The position numbers were made by a program, and so were the translations under genes. Shown here piece by piece: positions 29,298-39,405 of a stretch of DNA of 64,000 nucleotides (position 1 is its first letter; each line of letters starts with the position of its first letter). Origin of the DNA: an uncultured bacterium (GTDB lineage: Bacteria > Hydrogenedentota > Hydrogenedentia > Hydrogenedentales > Hydrogenedentaceae); contig CAKZKR010000097.1 of the NCBI GenBank assembly GCA_937124615.1, positions 8,697-72,696 of the forward strand, in the 5' to 3' direction. The notes under the pieces were generated by a model. It ran no database searches, had not been told where the DNA came from, and worked only from the letters and a program-made list of their open reading frames with translations.

Positions 29298-31835
29298 TTA
29301 TTCTGATTCTGAATCTTCTGAATTGTCAGGAGCGTTTTCAAAGAGGTCGCCGGTTTCTTCTTCGTTTTCTTCTGTATAAGAATTTTCAGGCATTTCTTCT
29401 TCCGACTCAGTTTTTTTGATGGCTTTATCCGCAGAGGCAATTTTAGCACCTTCACGAAGGTTCATTAGTTGTACTCCTTTTGTATTTCTGCCAATTACGC
29501 GGATGCTTCGAACCGGAATGCGTAGCATTTTCCCATCAGTTGCAACGACTACGATATCTTCATCATCGCTTACTGTAAGCATTGTGACAACATTTCCATT
29601 TCGTTCTTGTGTTTGAATATTAATAATACCTTTTCCTCCACGGTGTTGGATACGATATTCTTTTACTTCGGTTCGTTTGCCATATCCATTTTCGGTTACA
29701 GTGAGGACGGTAAGGTTATCTTTGGCTACGGAGACACCTACGACATAATCCTCTTTATCAAGACGGATTCCCACAACTCCCTGAGCCGTTCTTCCCATGG
29801 GACGGACATCTTTTTCGGGGAAGCGTATTGCAAGTCCTTTGTGAGTGGCTAAAAGTACATTGTCTATTCCTGATGTAACGAGTACATTGATAAGTTCATC
29901 ACCTTTTTCTAATGTGATTGCTTGAATACCTGTGGAACGAGGCTTACTATAAGAAGTTAAGGGTGTTTTTTTGACTAGACCTTTCTTTGTAACCATAAAG
30001 AGGTATTTGCTTTCATCTTTTAGGTTTTTAATAGATAGGAATGCAGTCACTTTTTCTTTGTCTCCGAGAGCCAGTAAGTTTTTAATATTTCTACCTCTTG
30101 CGGTTCTACCGGCCTCTGGAATTTCGTGAACTTTTCTCCAATATACACGACCTTCGTTGGTGAAGAACATCAGGTATTCATGTGCAGTTGCAGTGAAAAC
30201 ATGTTTAACGAAGTCATCTTCGGGTGTCTCCATCCCCATAACACCCTGTCCGCGTCGCCGTTGTTTTCGCGATGTGGTTTGAGGCATACGTTTTATGTAT
30301 CCCTGATTGGATACCGTTATAATCATGGCTTCGTCTGCAATAAGGTCTTCAATGTCGAAGTCTTCAATGTTTTCCAGAATCTCTGTCTTTCTCTCGTCTC
30401 CATATTTTTCTCGTATTTTTTCTACTTCTTTGCGGACTTCTGCAAGGATATTTTCTCTGCTGGAAAGTATGTGTTTTAATCTTTTGATTTCTTTAAGTAG
30501 GTTGTCGTATTCCTCCTGTAATTCTTTACGCTCTAATCCTGTTAACCTTCGTAATGGCATTGCGAGGATGGCTTTTGCTTGTTCAACGGAGATATCTAAT
30601 TTTTTACATAATTTTGTTTGTGCTTCTTCAGCATTTGCAGATTTTCGAATTAGGTTTATGACCTCATCAATTTGATCGATTGCTTTTAACAGACCCTCTA
30701 GAATATGGGCACGGCGTTCTGCCTGTTCTAAATCAAAACGGGTTCTTCGTTCAACAATTTCGGCACGGTACTGGACATAATGCTGAATCATGTCCTTAAG
30801 ATTTAATACGCGAGGAATATTATTTACTAATGCGAGGAAATGAATCCGTGATGTGTTTTGTAATTGTGTATGTTGGTAAAGTTGATTTAACACGACTTGA
30901 GGATTGACATCACTTTTAAGTTCGATGATTAAACGCATCCCCTCACGGTCGGATTCGTCTCTAAGGTCTGTTATTCCCAAGACTTTATTGTTTTCAACTG
31001 CTCTTGCTATTGATTCGATAACGGTCTGTTTCGTAACCTGGTAGGGTATTTCTTCAACGAGTAAACTTTTCTTTTTTGTTTTTTCTTGAGAAACGACTTT
31101 AATTCTTGCACGAAGTTTGACCTGTCCAGTGCCTGTACGATAAGCCCGACGGATACCTTCTTTACCACAGATAATGGCTCCTGTTGGGAAGTCTGGTCCG
31201 GGGACAATTTCCATAAAATCGTCGAGGGGGGCAGAAGGGTTGTCGATATAGTAAATAATTGCATTGCAGATTTCTGTCAGGTTGTGAGGGGGACAATCTG
31301 TTGCCATACCAACCGCGATACCATAAGAACCATTAACAAGGAGATTTGGGAAACCGGATGGGAGAACAATAGGCTCGTCGAGACGACCGTCGAAATTGGG
31401 TCGCATTTCGACTGTGTTCTTTTCTATATCGGTTAACATTTCTAAAGCGATGGGTGTTAATCGGGCTTCGGTGTAACGGTATGCTGCGGGACTGTCTCCG
31501 TCAATGGAACCGAAGTTTCCTTGCCCATCAACCATAGGATATCGCATGTTCCAATCTTGTGCTAAACGGACAAGTGCATCGTAAACAGCCTGGTCTCCGT
31601 GGGGATGGTATTTACCCAAGCATTCACCGACGATGGTAGCGCATTTTCGGTATGGGCGATTGGGTGTTAGTCCTAATTGATGCATCACATAGAGGATTCG
31701 TCTTTGAACGGGTTTTAATCCGTCACGAATATCGGGTAATGCCCGGCTTACAATTACGCTCATTGAATAGTCAAGAAAAGCGGATTGCATTTCTTGTTCA
31801 ATAGGGACTGGCTTTATGTTTTGATTCACCGCCAT
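29298..31835 (-). CDS. gyrA: DNA gyrase subunit A
   Basis: [30 protein letters not shown] (catalytic Tyr), six-blade CTD and acidic tail. Confidence 0.97.
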   Translation of the reverse strand: MAVNQNIKPVPIEQEMQSAFLDYSMSVIVSRALPDIRDGLKPVQRRILYVMHQLGLTPNRPYRKCATIVGECLGKYHPHGDQAVYDALVRLAQDWNMRYPMVDGQGNFGSIDGDSPAAYRYTEARLTPIALEMLTDIEKNTVEMRPNFDGRLDEPIVLPSGFPNLLVNGSYGIAVGMATDCPPHNLTEICNAIIYYIDNPSAPLDDFMEIVPGPDFPTGAIICGKEGIRRAYRTGTGQVKLRARIKVVSQEKTKKKSLLVEEIPYQVTKQTVIESIARAVENNKVLGITDLRDESDREGMRLIIELKSDVNPQVVLNQLYQHTQLQNTSRIHFLALVNNIPRVLNLKDMIQHYVQYRAEIVERRTRFDLEQAERRAHILEGLLKAIDQIDEVINLIRKSANAEEAQTKLCKKLDISVEQAKAILAMPLRRLTGLERKELQEEYDNLLKEIKRLKHILSSRENILAEVRKEVEKIREKYGDERKTEILENIEDFDIEDLIADEAMIITVSNQGYIKRMPQTTSRKQRRRGQGVMGMETPEDDFVKHVFTATAHEYLMFFTNEGRVYWRKVHEIPEAGRTARGRNIKNLLALGDKEKVTAFLSIKNLKDESKYLFMVTKKGLVKKTPLTSYSKPRSTGIQAITLEKGDELINVLVTSGIDNVLLATHKGLAIRFPEKDVRPMGRTAQGVVGIRLDKEDYVVGVSVAKDNLTVLTVTENGYGKRTEVKEYRIQHRGGKGIINIQTQERNGNVVTMLTVSDDEDIVVVATDGKMLRIPVRSIRVIGRNTKGVQLMNLREGAKIASADKAIKKTESEEEMPENSYTEENEEETGDLFENAPDNSEDSESE

Positions 31836-31873
31836 GTAATTTCTCCTAAGGTGTTTTGTATATCTGTTAGAGA

Positions 31874-34312
31874 TTAAATATCAAGATTTTGCACTTCAAG
31901 GGCATGTTTTTCTATGAAGTGGCGACGGGGTTCTACTTCGTCACCCATTAAAATGGTAAAGATTTCTTCCACAGAACTTTCATCTGCAATTTCTACTTTT
32001 AATAGGGTTCTTTTTTCTGGGTCCATCGTTGTCTCATAGAGTTGTTCTGCATTCATTTCTCCGAGACCTTTGTAGCGTTGGACAACAAGATCCTTTTTTC
32101 CTAATTCCATAAGGAAGTTTCGTAATTCCATCGGAGAGTCTGTTTCAAAAAGTATATTATTGTCTCTATTTTCTTTACTAAAGATCCGGAAAGGTGGAGA
32201 CCCGAGAGCATTTGCAGACTCATGCCAGTGAAGATAGGAAGAAAAGTCGGTGCTTTTTATAAAAGCGATATCGACCTGGTTGGGAAGTCGTGTAATTTTG
32301 CGGGTCGTATCAAGTTCTGTGTTTTCATTATCACTTTTTGGGATGATGGATGTATTTATAATTTCTTTTTCATCACCAAGAAGTTTTTTCCATTCTTTTT
32401 GTGTGATTGATTCCGGGTAGATTATTTTTTCACGAGGTAGTTCTTTTATTTTTTGCAATTCTTCAAGAGTTACGCCATAGATTTTATTTAATCGGTTAAT
32501 GACTTTTTCGAGATTTCGGATAGCTTCAATAGTTTTTATAAGCGTTCGAACCTGTATAAGTTTTTCTTCATTGGTTACTTCTCCATTACTGGATACAACC
32601 CGGACATTTTCCATAACTGTTTCGAGTATAAAGGATTCAAATTCATGTTCGGAATGGGTGTATCTTGATTTTTTGCCTTTCGAAATTCTATAAAGGGGAG
32701 GGAGTGCGATGTACAAATGTCCTTTCCGAATGAGTTCGGATGCATATCGAAAGAAGAAGGTCAATAGCAATGTTCGAATGTGGGAACCGTCAACATCCGC
32801 ATCGGTCATTATGATTACGCGATGGTAACGAAGATTATCGAGTGTAATTTCTTCTTTTGTTATGTCAATACCTAATGCCCTAAGTAAAGAAGCAATTTCT
32901 TTATTTTCAAGGACTTTGTGAAGACGACTTTTTTCAACATTGAGAACTTTTCCTCGCAGGGGAAGGATAGCCTGATATCGACGGTCTCTGCCTTGTTTTG
33001 CTGAACCACCTGCACTATCACCTTCTACGATAAATAACTCGCATAGTTCAGGATTGCGTTCAGAGCAGTCCGCTAATTTTGAGGCTTGTCCCAATGTGTC
33101 CAATGCGGATTTTCTACGAACGCGTTCTTTTGCTTTACGAGATTCTTCTCGTGCTTCTGCTGCTTCTAATACTTTGTCTGAAATTTGATTGGCTACACGA
33201 GGAGTCTGTTCGAAGTATTCTTGTAATGCACTGTAAACGATAGAATTGACAAGTCCTTGAACTTCGCTGTTCCCTAATTTATCTTTGGTTTGCCCTTCAA
33301 ATTGGGGATTTGGATGTCGAATAGAAACAACTGCGGTTAAACCTTCACGAGTATCATCGCCTGCAACAGAGAAATTTTTCTTTTTATTTAAGTTGTTCTT
33401 ATCTATCCAATCTGTAATACTGCGTGTTAAACCGCTACGGAAACCTGTAATGTGGGTTCCACCGCCGGGTGTGTGTATATTATTGGCAAAACTGATGACC
33501 TGTTCATAATAAGTCTTTACATATTGGATAGCTACTTCTACTTGTATATCATCTTTGCTTTTTGAAATAAAAATAGGCTTTGTGTGAATGGGATCCTTTC
33601 CTTTATTGAGATGTTTAACAAATTCTTCTAAACCGCCTTTGTATTGGAGGGTTAGGGGTTGTTCATCAGACCGTTCATCTGTAAATACAATTTTAAGTCC
33701 TGCGTTTAAGAATGCCAATTCTCTGAGACGATTGACTAAAATCTCGGATTGAAAAACGACATCTTCAAAAATATCGGGGTCGGGTAGAAAGGTAACGCGA
33801 GTCCCTGTTCCCTTCGCATTTCCTCTTGTTTCGAGAGGTGTAACAGTCTTTCCTCGTTCAAATGCCATGTAATAAATTTTGCCATCGCGTTTGACTTCAA
33901 CTTCCAGCCATTTGGATAAGGCATTGACGCAAGAGACCCCTACACCATGGAGCCCACCGGAAACTTTGTAAACACTGTGATTGAACTTTCCACCAGCATG
34001 GAGAACGGTTAAAACAACTTCTAATGCAGACTTCCCTCTATGAGTTCCATCTTTCATAGGGTCTACAGGGATCCCTCTTCCATTATCAATGACGGTAACG
34101 CTGTTATCGATGTGAATTGTTACATAAATGGTATCCCCGAATCCCGCCATGACTTCATCAACACTGTTGTCTACGACTTCGTAAACAAGATGATGTAATC
34201 CTCGAATTCCGGTATCACCAATATACATTGCGGGTCTTTTTCGAACTGCTTCCAGTCCTTCAAGAACACCAATTGCGTCGGCAGTATATGCATGAGAACC
34301 ATTTTCAGCCAT
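31874..34312 (-). CDS. gyrB: DNA gyrase subunit B (with long TOPRIM insertion)
   Basis: [62 protein letters not shown]. Confidence 0.97.
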   Translation of the reverse strand: MAENGSHAYTADAIGVLEGLEAVRKRPAMYIGDTGIRGLHHLVYEVVDNSVDEVMAGFGDTIYVTIHIDNSVTVIDNGRGIPVDPMKDGTHRGKSALEVVLTVLHAGGKFNHSVYKVSGGLHGVGVSCVNALSKWLEVEVKRDGKIYYMAFERGKTVTPLETRGNAKGTGTRVTFLPDPDIFEDVVFQSEILVNRLRELAFLNAGLKIVFTDERSDEQPLTLQYKGGLEEFVKHLNKGKDPIHTKPIFISKSKDDIQVEVAIQYVKTYYEQVISFANNIHTPGGGTHITGFRSGLTRSITDWIDKNNLNKKKNFSVAGDDTREGLTAVVSIRHPNPQFEGQTKDKLGNSEVQGLVNSIVYSALQEYFEQTPRVANQISDKVLEAAEAREESRKAKERVRRKSALDTLGQASKLADCSERNPELCELFIVEGDSAGGSAKQGRDRRYQAILPLRGKVLNVEKSRLHKVLENKEIASLLRALGIDITKEEITLDNLRYHRVIIMTDADVDGSHIRTLLLTFFFRYASELIRKGHLYIALPPLYRISKGKKSRYTHSEHEFESFILETVMENVRVVSSNGEVTNEEKLIQVRTLIKTIEAIRNLEKVINRLNKIYGVTLEELQKIKELPREKIIYPESITQKEWKKLLGDEKEIINTSIIPKSDNENTELDTTRKITRLPNQVDIAFIKSTDFSSYLHWHESANALGSPPFRIFSKENRDNNILFETDSPMELRNFLMELGKKDLVVQRYKGLGEMNAEQLYETTMDPEKRTLLKVEIADESSVEEIFTILMGDEVEPRRHFIEKHALEVQNLDI

Positions 34313-34509
34313 GTGCTCCACCTTTCTTTATATAGTAGGAAAAAGTCTTTACTAGGCAAGGAATTAAGTGAGAGTATTATATCAAATTATGGGAGTTGAG
34401 AGCAATAAAAAAAGGAAAGAATTGAGTAAGAGATTGGAGGAAAAAACAAAATTTTGAGATAGTAATAGAATAGTTATAAATAGATATTAGATAGAAGTTT
34501 ATGAAAAAA

Positions 34510-34586
34510 TGGTGGGCGATACTGGACTTGAACCAGTGACCCCTTGCATGTCAAGCAAGTACTCTAACCACCTGAGCTAATCGCCC
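34510..34586 (-). tRNA. tRNA-Val (GAC)
   Basis: GGGCGATTAGCTCAGGTGGTTAGAGTACTTGCTTGACATGCAAGGGGTCACTGGTTCAAGTCCAGTATCGCCCACCA. Anticodon GAC, CCA encoded. Confidence 0.97.
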
Positions 34587-34610
34587 ACTCAATCATGATA
34601 GTAAATACAA

Positions 34611-34639
34611 ATTATATCAATCTATTGTTTTATTGTCAA
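34611..34639 (-). promoter_or_regulatory. Consensus sigma70 promoter for tRNA-Val
   Basis: TTGACA-17-TATAAT with an extended -10 TG. Confidence 0.85.
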
Positions 34640-34663
34640 ATTGTGTATATAAGAAAAAAAGTT

Positions 34664-36031
34664 CTAATTTTTTGTTAAGTCAACAGGTATTGCTTTTACA
34701 TTTTCTTTGTCTACTTGGAAAGGATATTTATTTTCAGGGAGAACTTTCACCTGTGTACAAATGCTGTAAGGGTTTCCGAAAGAGCCGGGAAAACGAACCT
34801 CGATGTAGTATGCAGTCCATCCTGTCTTGGGTTGGGGTAACTTTGTTTTGACTTTTCCTTTACCTTTTAGAGGTGTGCTTACCCATTTAGATTGTCTAAA
34901 ATCACGATTGTTCGAGTCTGCTTTCCATAAGTATGCTGTTCCTTGTGGATTATTTTCCCATTTAACTGTAATTGTATTTCTTTTAGAAATTTCCCATGAA
35001 ACGGAAGGAAACAATTTGTTTTCTTTTATCATTAAGAAAAATTCGGCTAATGTTGCAATCCCTGTAGGTGATGCATCGTGTCCGGTGTTGGCTTGATAAC
35101 ATAAATATTTTGGAGGGGGAAAATCGGGGAAATAAAGATTGGCAGAATCTACGGTCCAATAGGGGTCATTGGTGCCAAGGATAAGTAGTTTGGGTAGGGT
35201 AAGTGAATTTCTATAACTATAAGGGTCCACAATGCTTAGTAGTTGTTCTCCTTTGGTACTGTGCATCCGGTGGGGAATTTTTAGACGGGTGTAGTCTTCA
35301 ATTTCACTGCTGAAAGTTCCATAGCATTCTAGTTGATGGAACATTTGTCGTTTCATATTTAATACATCAATGACGGCGGGTGCGATGGCGACGACACGCG
35401 GGTCTCCTGTTGCGGATGTGAGCCATGTTGTCCAGCCTCTTTTAGAACCACCTGTAAGGACGAATCGGTTGATTTGGTGATTGTCTTTCTCTTTTTGAAC
35501 TAATTGGATAGTATCCATAGCGCGGATAGCACTTTTTACCATAGGGAGTAAGAGGGGCCATTCTTCCCCTTCTCCATTTAAGTATTTATCATAAGTATAG
35601 GCAATAATTTCGTCTTCATTTCTTCCATCGAAAAGAGGTTGATTAGGAACTTGTGAAAGAACAGCGATGACAGAATTGGTTTTTTGGGCTACCATTGTAG
35701 CAATTTTTAATTCTAAAGAATTTAGGTTGGGTTCTTTTTGTCGGTTTGACCCTCCACTAATGATGAGCATCGCTATGTCTGAATCTTTTACTTCAGGCGG
35801 ACACAATAAAACGAGCCAGTGTGTCCAGACAATGTTTTGCCATGTCTGTGATGTGAGTTGGATTATTTTTACTTTGCAACCTTGAAATTCTTTTGTGTCA
35901 ACAAGTTCGTATGAATATGTTGGGTCAGGTTTGCTCACATAACCTTTTAAATCAGCATGGGATGAGGATAATGTTAGAGTAAAGTTTGTAAGCAAGAGAA
36001 GCGAGATAATAAGTATTCTGGCTTTTTTCAT
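34664..36031 (-). CDS. pqaA: PqaA (PhoPQ-activated pathogenicity-related) family exported hydrolase-fold protein
   Basis: LTSQTW, W.HWL, QVPNQP, LPMVKSAIRAMD, GGSKRGWTTW, DPYW. AGGAG RBS before ATG 36031, signal peptide. Confidence 0.82.
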   Translation of the reverse strand: MKKARILIISLLLLTNFTLTLSSSHADLKGYVSKPDPTYSYELVDTKEFQGCKVKIIQLTSQTWQNIVWTHWLVLLCPPEVKDSDIAMLIISGGSNRQKEPNLNSLELKIATMVAQKTNSVIAVLSQVPNQPLFDGRNEDEIIAYTYDKYLNGEGEEWPLLLPMVKSAIRAMDTIQLVQKEKDNHQINRFVLTGGSKRGWTTWLTSATGDPRVVAIAPAVIDVLNMKRQMFHQLECYGTFSSEIEDYTRLKIPHRMHSTKGEQLLSIVDPYSYRNSLTLPKLLILGTNDPYWTVDSANLYFPDFPPPKYLCYQANTGHDASPTGIATLAEFFLMIKENKLFPSVSWEISKRNTITVKWENNPQGTAYLWKADSNNRDFRQSKWVSTPLKGKGKVKTKLPQPKTGWTAYYIEVRFPGSFGNPYSICTQVKVLPENKYPFQVDKENVKAIPVDLTKN

Positions 36032-36094
36032 AAAAAGTCTCCTATTCAAAGGTTTAATTAACTTTGTTAAGTAGGTTTTTATAAAGACAAAAAA

Positions 36095-37243
36095 TTACTT
36101 GAAATGGTTTCTCTTATGGAAGTGTGAAAGGTCTTTAGGAAGGATATTCTCTTTTTTAAATCTGCCCGGAGTGATGCCGTCTTGTTCAATACTTTTCCGA
36201 ATTCGTAAGTAGGATTCGTAACGGACAAGAGGGATGTCGCCTCTTTTTACCGCATCACGAACAGCACAGTTGGGTTCGTGTATATGGGAACAGTCATTAA
36301 AACGGCACATAGCAGAGAACTTTGATATTTCGGGAAAATAATAATCGAGGGAGCGAGGATCTATGTCCCAAAAACCGAGGGAACGAATACCGGGAGTATC
36401 TATTAATTTTCCACCATTAGGAAGACAGTAAAGGTGTGTGTTTGTAGTGGCATGTTTCCCTTTTTCTGTTTTCTGGCTAACTTCAAGTGTTATTGCATCA
36501 ATATCAGGGCAGATGCATTTGAGGAGGGAAGTTTTCCCTACGCCACTATGTCCTGCTAAAACACCGACTTTGTTTTCTAATAGATTTATAATTTCCCCAA
36601 TTCCTTGTTTGGTAACGCAACTGGTTAGAATTATTTTCAATCCAAGGTTTTTATAAATGTTGATTTCTTCTGGGAGTGTTTTATTAAGGTCTATTTTGTT
36701 TAGAACAATTACAGGTTCTACCTTTCCATTTTCAGCAATTATAAGAAATCTGTCTATAAGTCCGGGTTTAAAAGAAGGTTGTTTAACAGAGGCTACAATG
36801 AATAAAATATCGACATTGGCAGAAATAACTTGTTCGGGAGGTCCTTCTCGGTCTACAGAAAGTCGGCTTAATTTTGATTTTCTTGGTGTAATTCCACGAA
36901 TTATAGGTTCTCCACCTTCTTCATAATCAAGAAAAACACGGTCTCCGGGGACAATAAGGCTGGAGTCTTTTTCTCGCAGTCGTTCGTCGATTTTGCACTG
37001 TATTTCTTTTGTGTCAGTTGAACTGTCGAGAATGACGAAAGCCCATTTTTTGCTGTGAGAAACTACAGTTGCGTTGGGTTCAAATATTTCGGGCAATTTT
37101 GTATCGGATAAATTATCTGGCAGATGGACTTCTGCTCGTCTTAGACGAAAAGAATCTTTTGAGAAAGCCTCATCATACCGGCTTTCCCAGTTTTTGATGC
37201 GGGATTGTGATCGTTTGCTTTTTTCTAATTTTTTCTTTTTCAC
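36095..37243 (-). CDS. rsgA: Small ribosomal subunit biogenesis GTPase RsgA
   Basis: Circularly permuted GTPase: NKID, GHSGVGKTS, GKHATT, DTPG. Zinc finger CRFNDCSHIHEPNC. Confidence 0.95.
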   Translation of the reverse strand: MKKKKLEKSKRSQSRIKNWESRYDEAFSKDSFRLRRAEVHLPDNLSDTKLPEIFEPNATVVSHSKKWAFVILDSSTDTKEIQCKIDERLREKDSSLIVPGDRVFLDYEEGGEPIIRGITPRKSKLSRLSVDREGPPEQVISANVDILFIVASVKQPSFKPGLIDRFLIIAENGKVEPVIVLNKIDLNKTLPEEINIYKNLGLKIILTSCVTKQGIGEIINLLENKVGVLAGHSGVGKTSLLKCICPDIDAITLEVSQKTEKGKHATTNTHLYCLPNGGKLIDTPGIRSLGFWDIDPRSLDYYFPEISKFSAMCRFNDCSHIHEPNCAVRDAVKRGDIPLVRYESYLRIRKSIEQDGITPGRFKKENILPKDLSHFHKRNHFK

Positions 37244-37305
37244 GATACTTGTTAATTTAAACAGAAAAACTGTGTAATAATTTGAACCCCCATTATACAG
37301 ATATT

Positions 37306-37851
37306 TTAAGTATTTTTTAAAGATTTACTTTTGTTTATGTTATGTTTTTTTGTTTTATGTTCAGGTTTCGTTGATATATGTGATTTGTTTCCTGTGTATG
37401 AGGGAGTACAGACTGTTTTCATCTTGCAATTAACAAAGGGTAGGAGATTATCATCAGGTAAGGGTTTCTGAATAATTTTATCTAAAGTCCATTTTCGGAG
37501 GGTGGAAGTGAGGACTATACGGACTTCATACATGGCTTTATGAAAAGCACATACGCAGTCAATGTCATCTGTATCTTTACAATAATCTCCTAAAATTTTC
37601 CCTTCGCACGCTTCTACAATTTCAAGAAGAGTGATTTGGTCAGGGGGCATGTTTAAAGTAAATCCTCCGGAAGGTCCTTTATGAGCATTGAGAAGTCGGG
37701 CTTTGGTTAAGAGAGTCATGATTTTGGAAAGGTAGGAAGTAGAAATGTGAATGTGGTTGGTGAGTTCGATATGGGAAATAGGTTTTTTTTTATTTTGGAG
37801 GGCTATATAAGTTATCGCCTGAATTGCTGTAATGGTTGTATTACTAAACAT
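37306..37851 (-). CDS. Rrf2 family transcriptional regulator
   Basis: SYLSKIM..L, GPSGGF.L, ITLLEIVEA.EG and a Cys-rich segment C..C...C.C. Confidence 0.9.
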   Translation of the reverse strand: MFSNTTITAIQAITYIALQNKKKPISHIELTNHIHISTSYLSKIMTLLTKARLLNAHKGPSGGFTLNMPPDQITLLEIVEACEGKILGDYCKDTDDIDCVCAFHKAMYEVRIVLTSTLRKWTLDKIIQKPLPDDNLLPFVNCKMKTVCTPSYTGNKSHISTKPEHKTKKHNINKSKSLKNT

Positions 37852-37877
37852 ATTGCAATCCTGCCGTGTTATATTGC

Positions 37878-37912
37878 GGGAACAGGTATTTGTATACCTG
37901 TTCCCTTTTTTT
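37878..37912 (+). terminator. Plus-strand-oriented intrinsic terminator between two minus-strand genes
   Basis: Perfect 12-bp stem GGGAACAGGTAT/ATACCTGTTCCC with a T7 tail on the plus strand only. Confidence 0.75.
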
Positions 37913-37914
37913 AT

Positions 37915-39225
37915 TTATGATACAATCTGAAGGATTTGTTTTACATCTTCGTGAGCGTTTGTCCCTATAGGCTTTAGGTTATAATTGTCTTGTAAAATTT
38001 TTAAGACATTTGGTGTTATAAATGCAGGGAGGGCCGGTCCCAATCGAATGCCTTTTACGCCTAATGATAGTAAGGTTAATAGAACGGCGACCGCTTTCTG
38101 TTCGAACCAACTAACAACGAGAGTTAGAGGTAAATCATTTACACCACAATTGAAAACTTTTGCCAGAACAAGGGCTACCTGGATGGCACCATAGGAATCA
38201 TTACACTGGCCCATGTCTAATAGACGGGGAATCCCTTCTATCTCTCCATAGTCAAGGTCACGAATACGATATTTCCCACAACCTAAGGTAAGGATGAGAG
38301 ATTCTTTGGGTGTATTTTGTGCAAAGTCGGCAAAATAGTTCCGGCCGGGTTCGGCCCCATCACAACCGCCGATAAGAAATATATGTTTAATTTGGCCTGT
38401 TTTTATTAAATCGATTAATTTATCGGCAACGGAAAGTATATAGGTCCAGTGAAAACCAAGCGTACTTTCTTTTATTTCTGTGGGTTGTAGAGAACCTATT
38501 TCAAGGGCTTTTTTAATGACAGGTGAGAAGTCTCCATCTTTTAAGCGTGGGGCACCTGGGACGCCCGTGCAATGGAGAGTAAAAAGTCGGTCAAGATAGG
38601 TATTATGATTTGCGGGGATAAGGACGCAATTCGTAGTAACTACAATAGGTCCCCCAAATTTTTCGAATTCTTTTCTCTGAAGTTGCCATGCTCCTCCATA
38701 ATGTCCTACTAAATGAGGATATTCTCTTAGTTTAGGATACATGTGGGCTGGTAACATTTCCCCATGTGTGTAAATTTTAATTCCGGTGTCCTTTGTTTGT
38801 TCCAGTAATTGTTTCAGGTCCAATAAATCGTGTCCTGTAATTAAAATTCCGGGTCCTTCTTGAATACCTTCTTTTACCTTTACAGGTGATGGGTTTCCGA
38901 ATGTCTCAACATGAGCATTGTTGAGCAGTTCCATAGTTTTTAAATTCATCCGTCCACATTCAAGAACAAGTTCTAACAGGTGGGCCATGTCAAAGTTAAC
39001 ATTGGTCATGGTTGCAAATAAAGCGCGTTCAATGAATTCTTCTATTTCGGGATCTGTTTTTCCCAAACGACGAGCATGATGTTTGTATGCAGACATTCCC
39101 TTTAACCCATAAAGCAAGGTTTTTTGTAAGGATTCCATATCTGCATCTTTTCCACAAACACCTTTTTGGGTACAACCGGTCCCGTTTAAGGTTTGTTCAC
39201 ATTGGTCGCAAAACATGTTTGTCAT
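37915..39225 (-). CDS. hcp: Hybrid cluster protein (hydroxylamine reductase), short class III-like form
   Basis: MFCDQCEQ..GC...GVCGK, TGHDL, THGEMLPAH, TTNC, GCDG, LGCGK, GQCND, WFEQKA. 436 aa. Confidence 0.95.
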   Translation of the reverse strand: MTNMFCDQCEQTLNGTGCTQKGVCGKDADMESLQKTLLYGLKGMSAYKHHARRLGKTDPEIEEFIERALFATMTNVNFDMAHLLELVLECGRMNLKTMELLNNAHVETFGNPSPVKVKEGIQEGPGILITGHDLLDLKQLLEQTKDTGIKIYTHGEMLPAHMYPKLREYPHLVGHYGGAWQLQRKEFEKFGGPIVVTTNCVLIPANHNTYLDRLFTLHCTGVPGAPRLKDGDFSPVIKKALEIGSLQPTEIKESTLGFHWTYILSVADKLIDLIKTGQIKHIFLIGGCDGAEPGRNYFADFAQNTPKESLILTLGCGKYRIRDLDYGEIEGIPRLLDMGQCNDSYGAIQVALVLAKVFNCGVNDLPLTLVVSWFEQKAVAVLLTLLSLGVKGIRLGPALPAFITPNVLKILQDNYNLKPIGTNAHEDVKQILQIVS

Positions 39226-39266
39226 ATTTTATCTCCTTAGTTATGTTTTAAAAATTAATATATAAC

Positions 39267-39301
39267 AGATATATTATATCTAAAATATATATTAATGTCA
39301 A
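39267..39301 (-). promoter_or_regulatory. Consensus sigma70 promoter of hcp with a 7-1-7 palindrome over the -10 box
   Basis: TTGACA-17-TATAAT on the minus strand (39273-39301). AGATATA-T-TATATCT at 39267-39281. Confidence 0.75.
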
Positions 39302-39405
39302 ATCGAAAACTAATGTGTTTTTTATGGAATATCAGGAGGGTTGGGATTGTTATCAATGACAAATTTAAAAATGATTCAAATCACATATAAGAAAGGGAAA
39401 CAATT

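Noticed and set aside
29066-29455. Alternative-frame and antisense ORFs in the track (for example 1102-1398, 3624-3992, 7011-7448, 29066-29455, 44504-44917, 56574-56939)
   Set aside because: They shadow well-supported genes, lack RBSs or motifs, and have compositions expected from off-frame translation.
32100-32660. Long insertion in GyrB as an intein or novel domain
   Set aside because: It lies where the known Gram-negative-type TOPRIM insertion sits, and it has no intein terminal motifs.
34510-34664. tRNA-Val as a prophage or island attachment site
   Set aside because: No integrase and no duplicated tRNA 3' end were seen in the window.
37915-39225. Short Hcp as a truncated pseudogene
   Set aside because: All cluster-binding motifs are present, and a form lacking the middle region is a known Hcp class.
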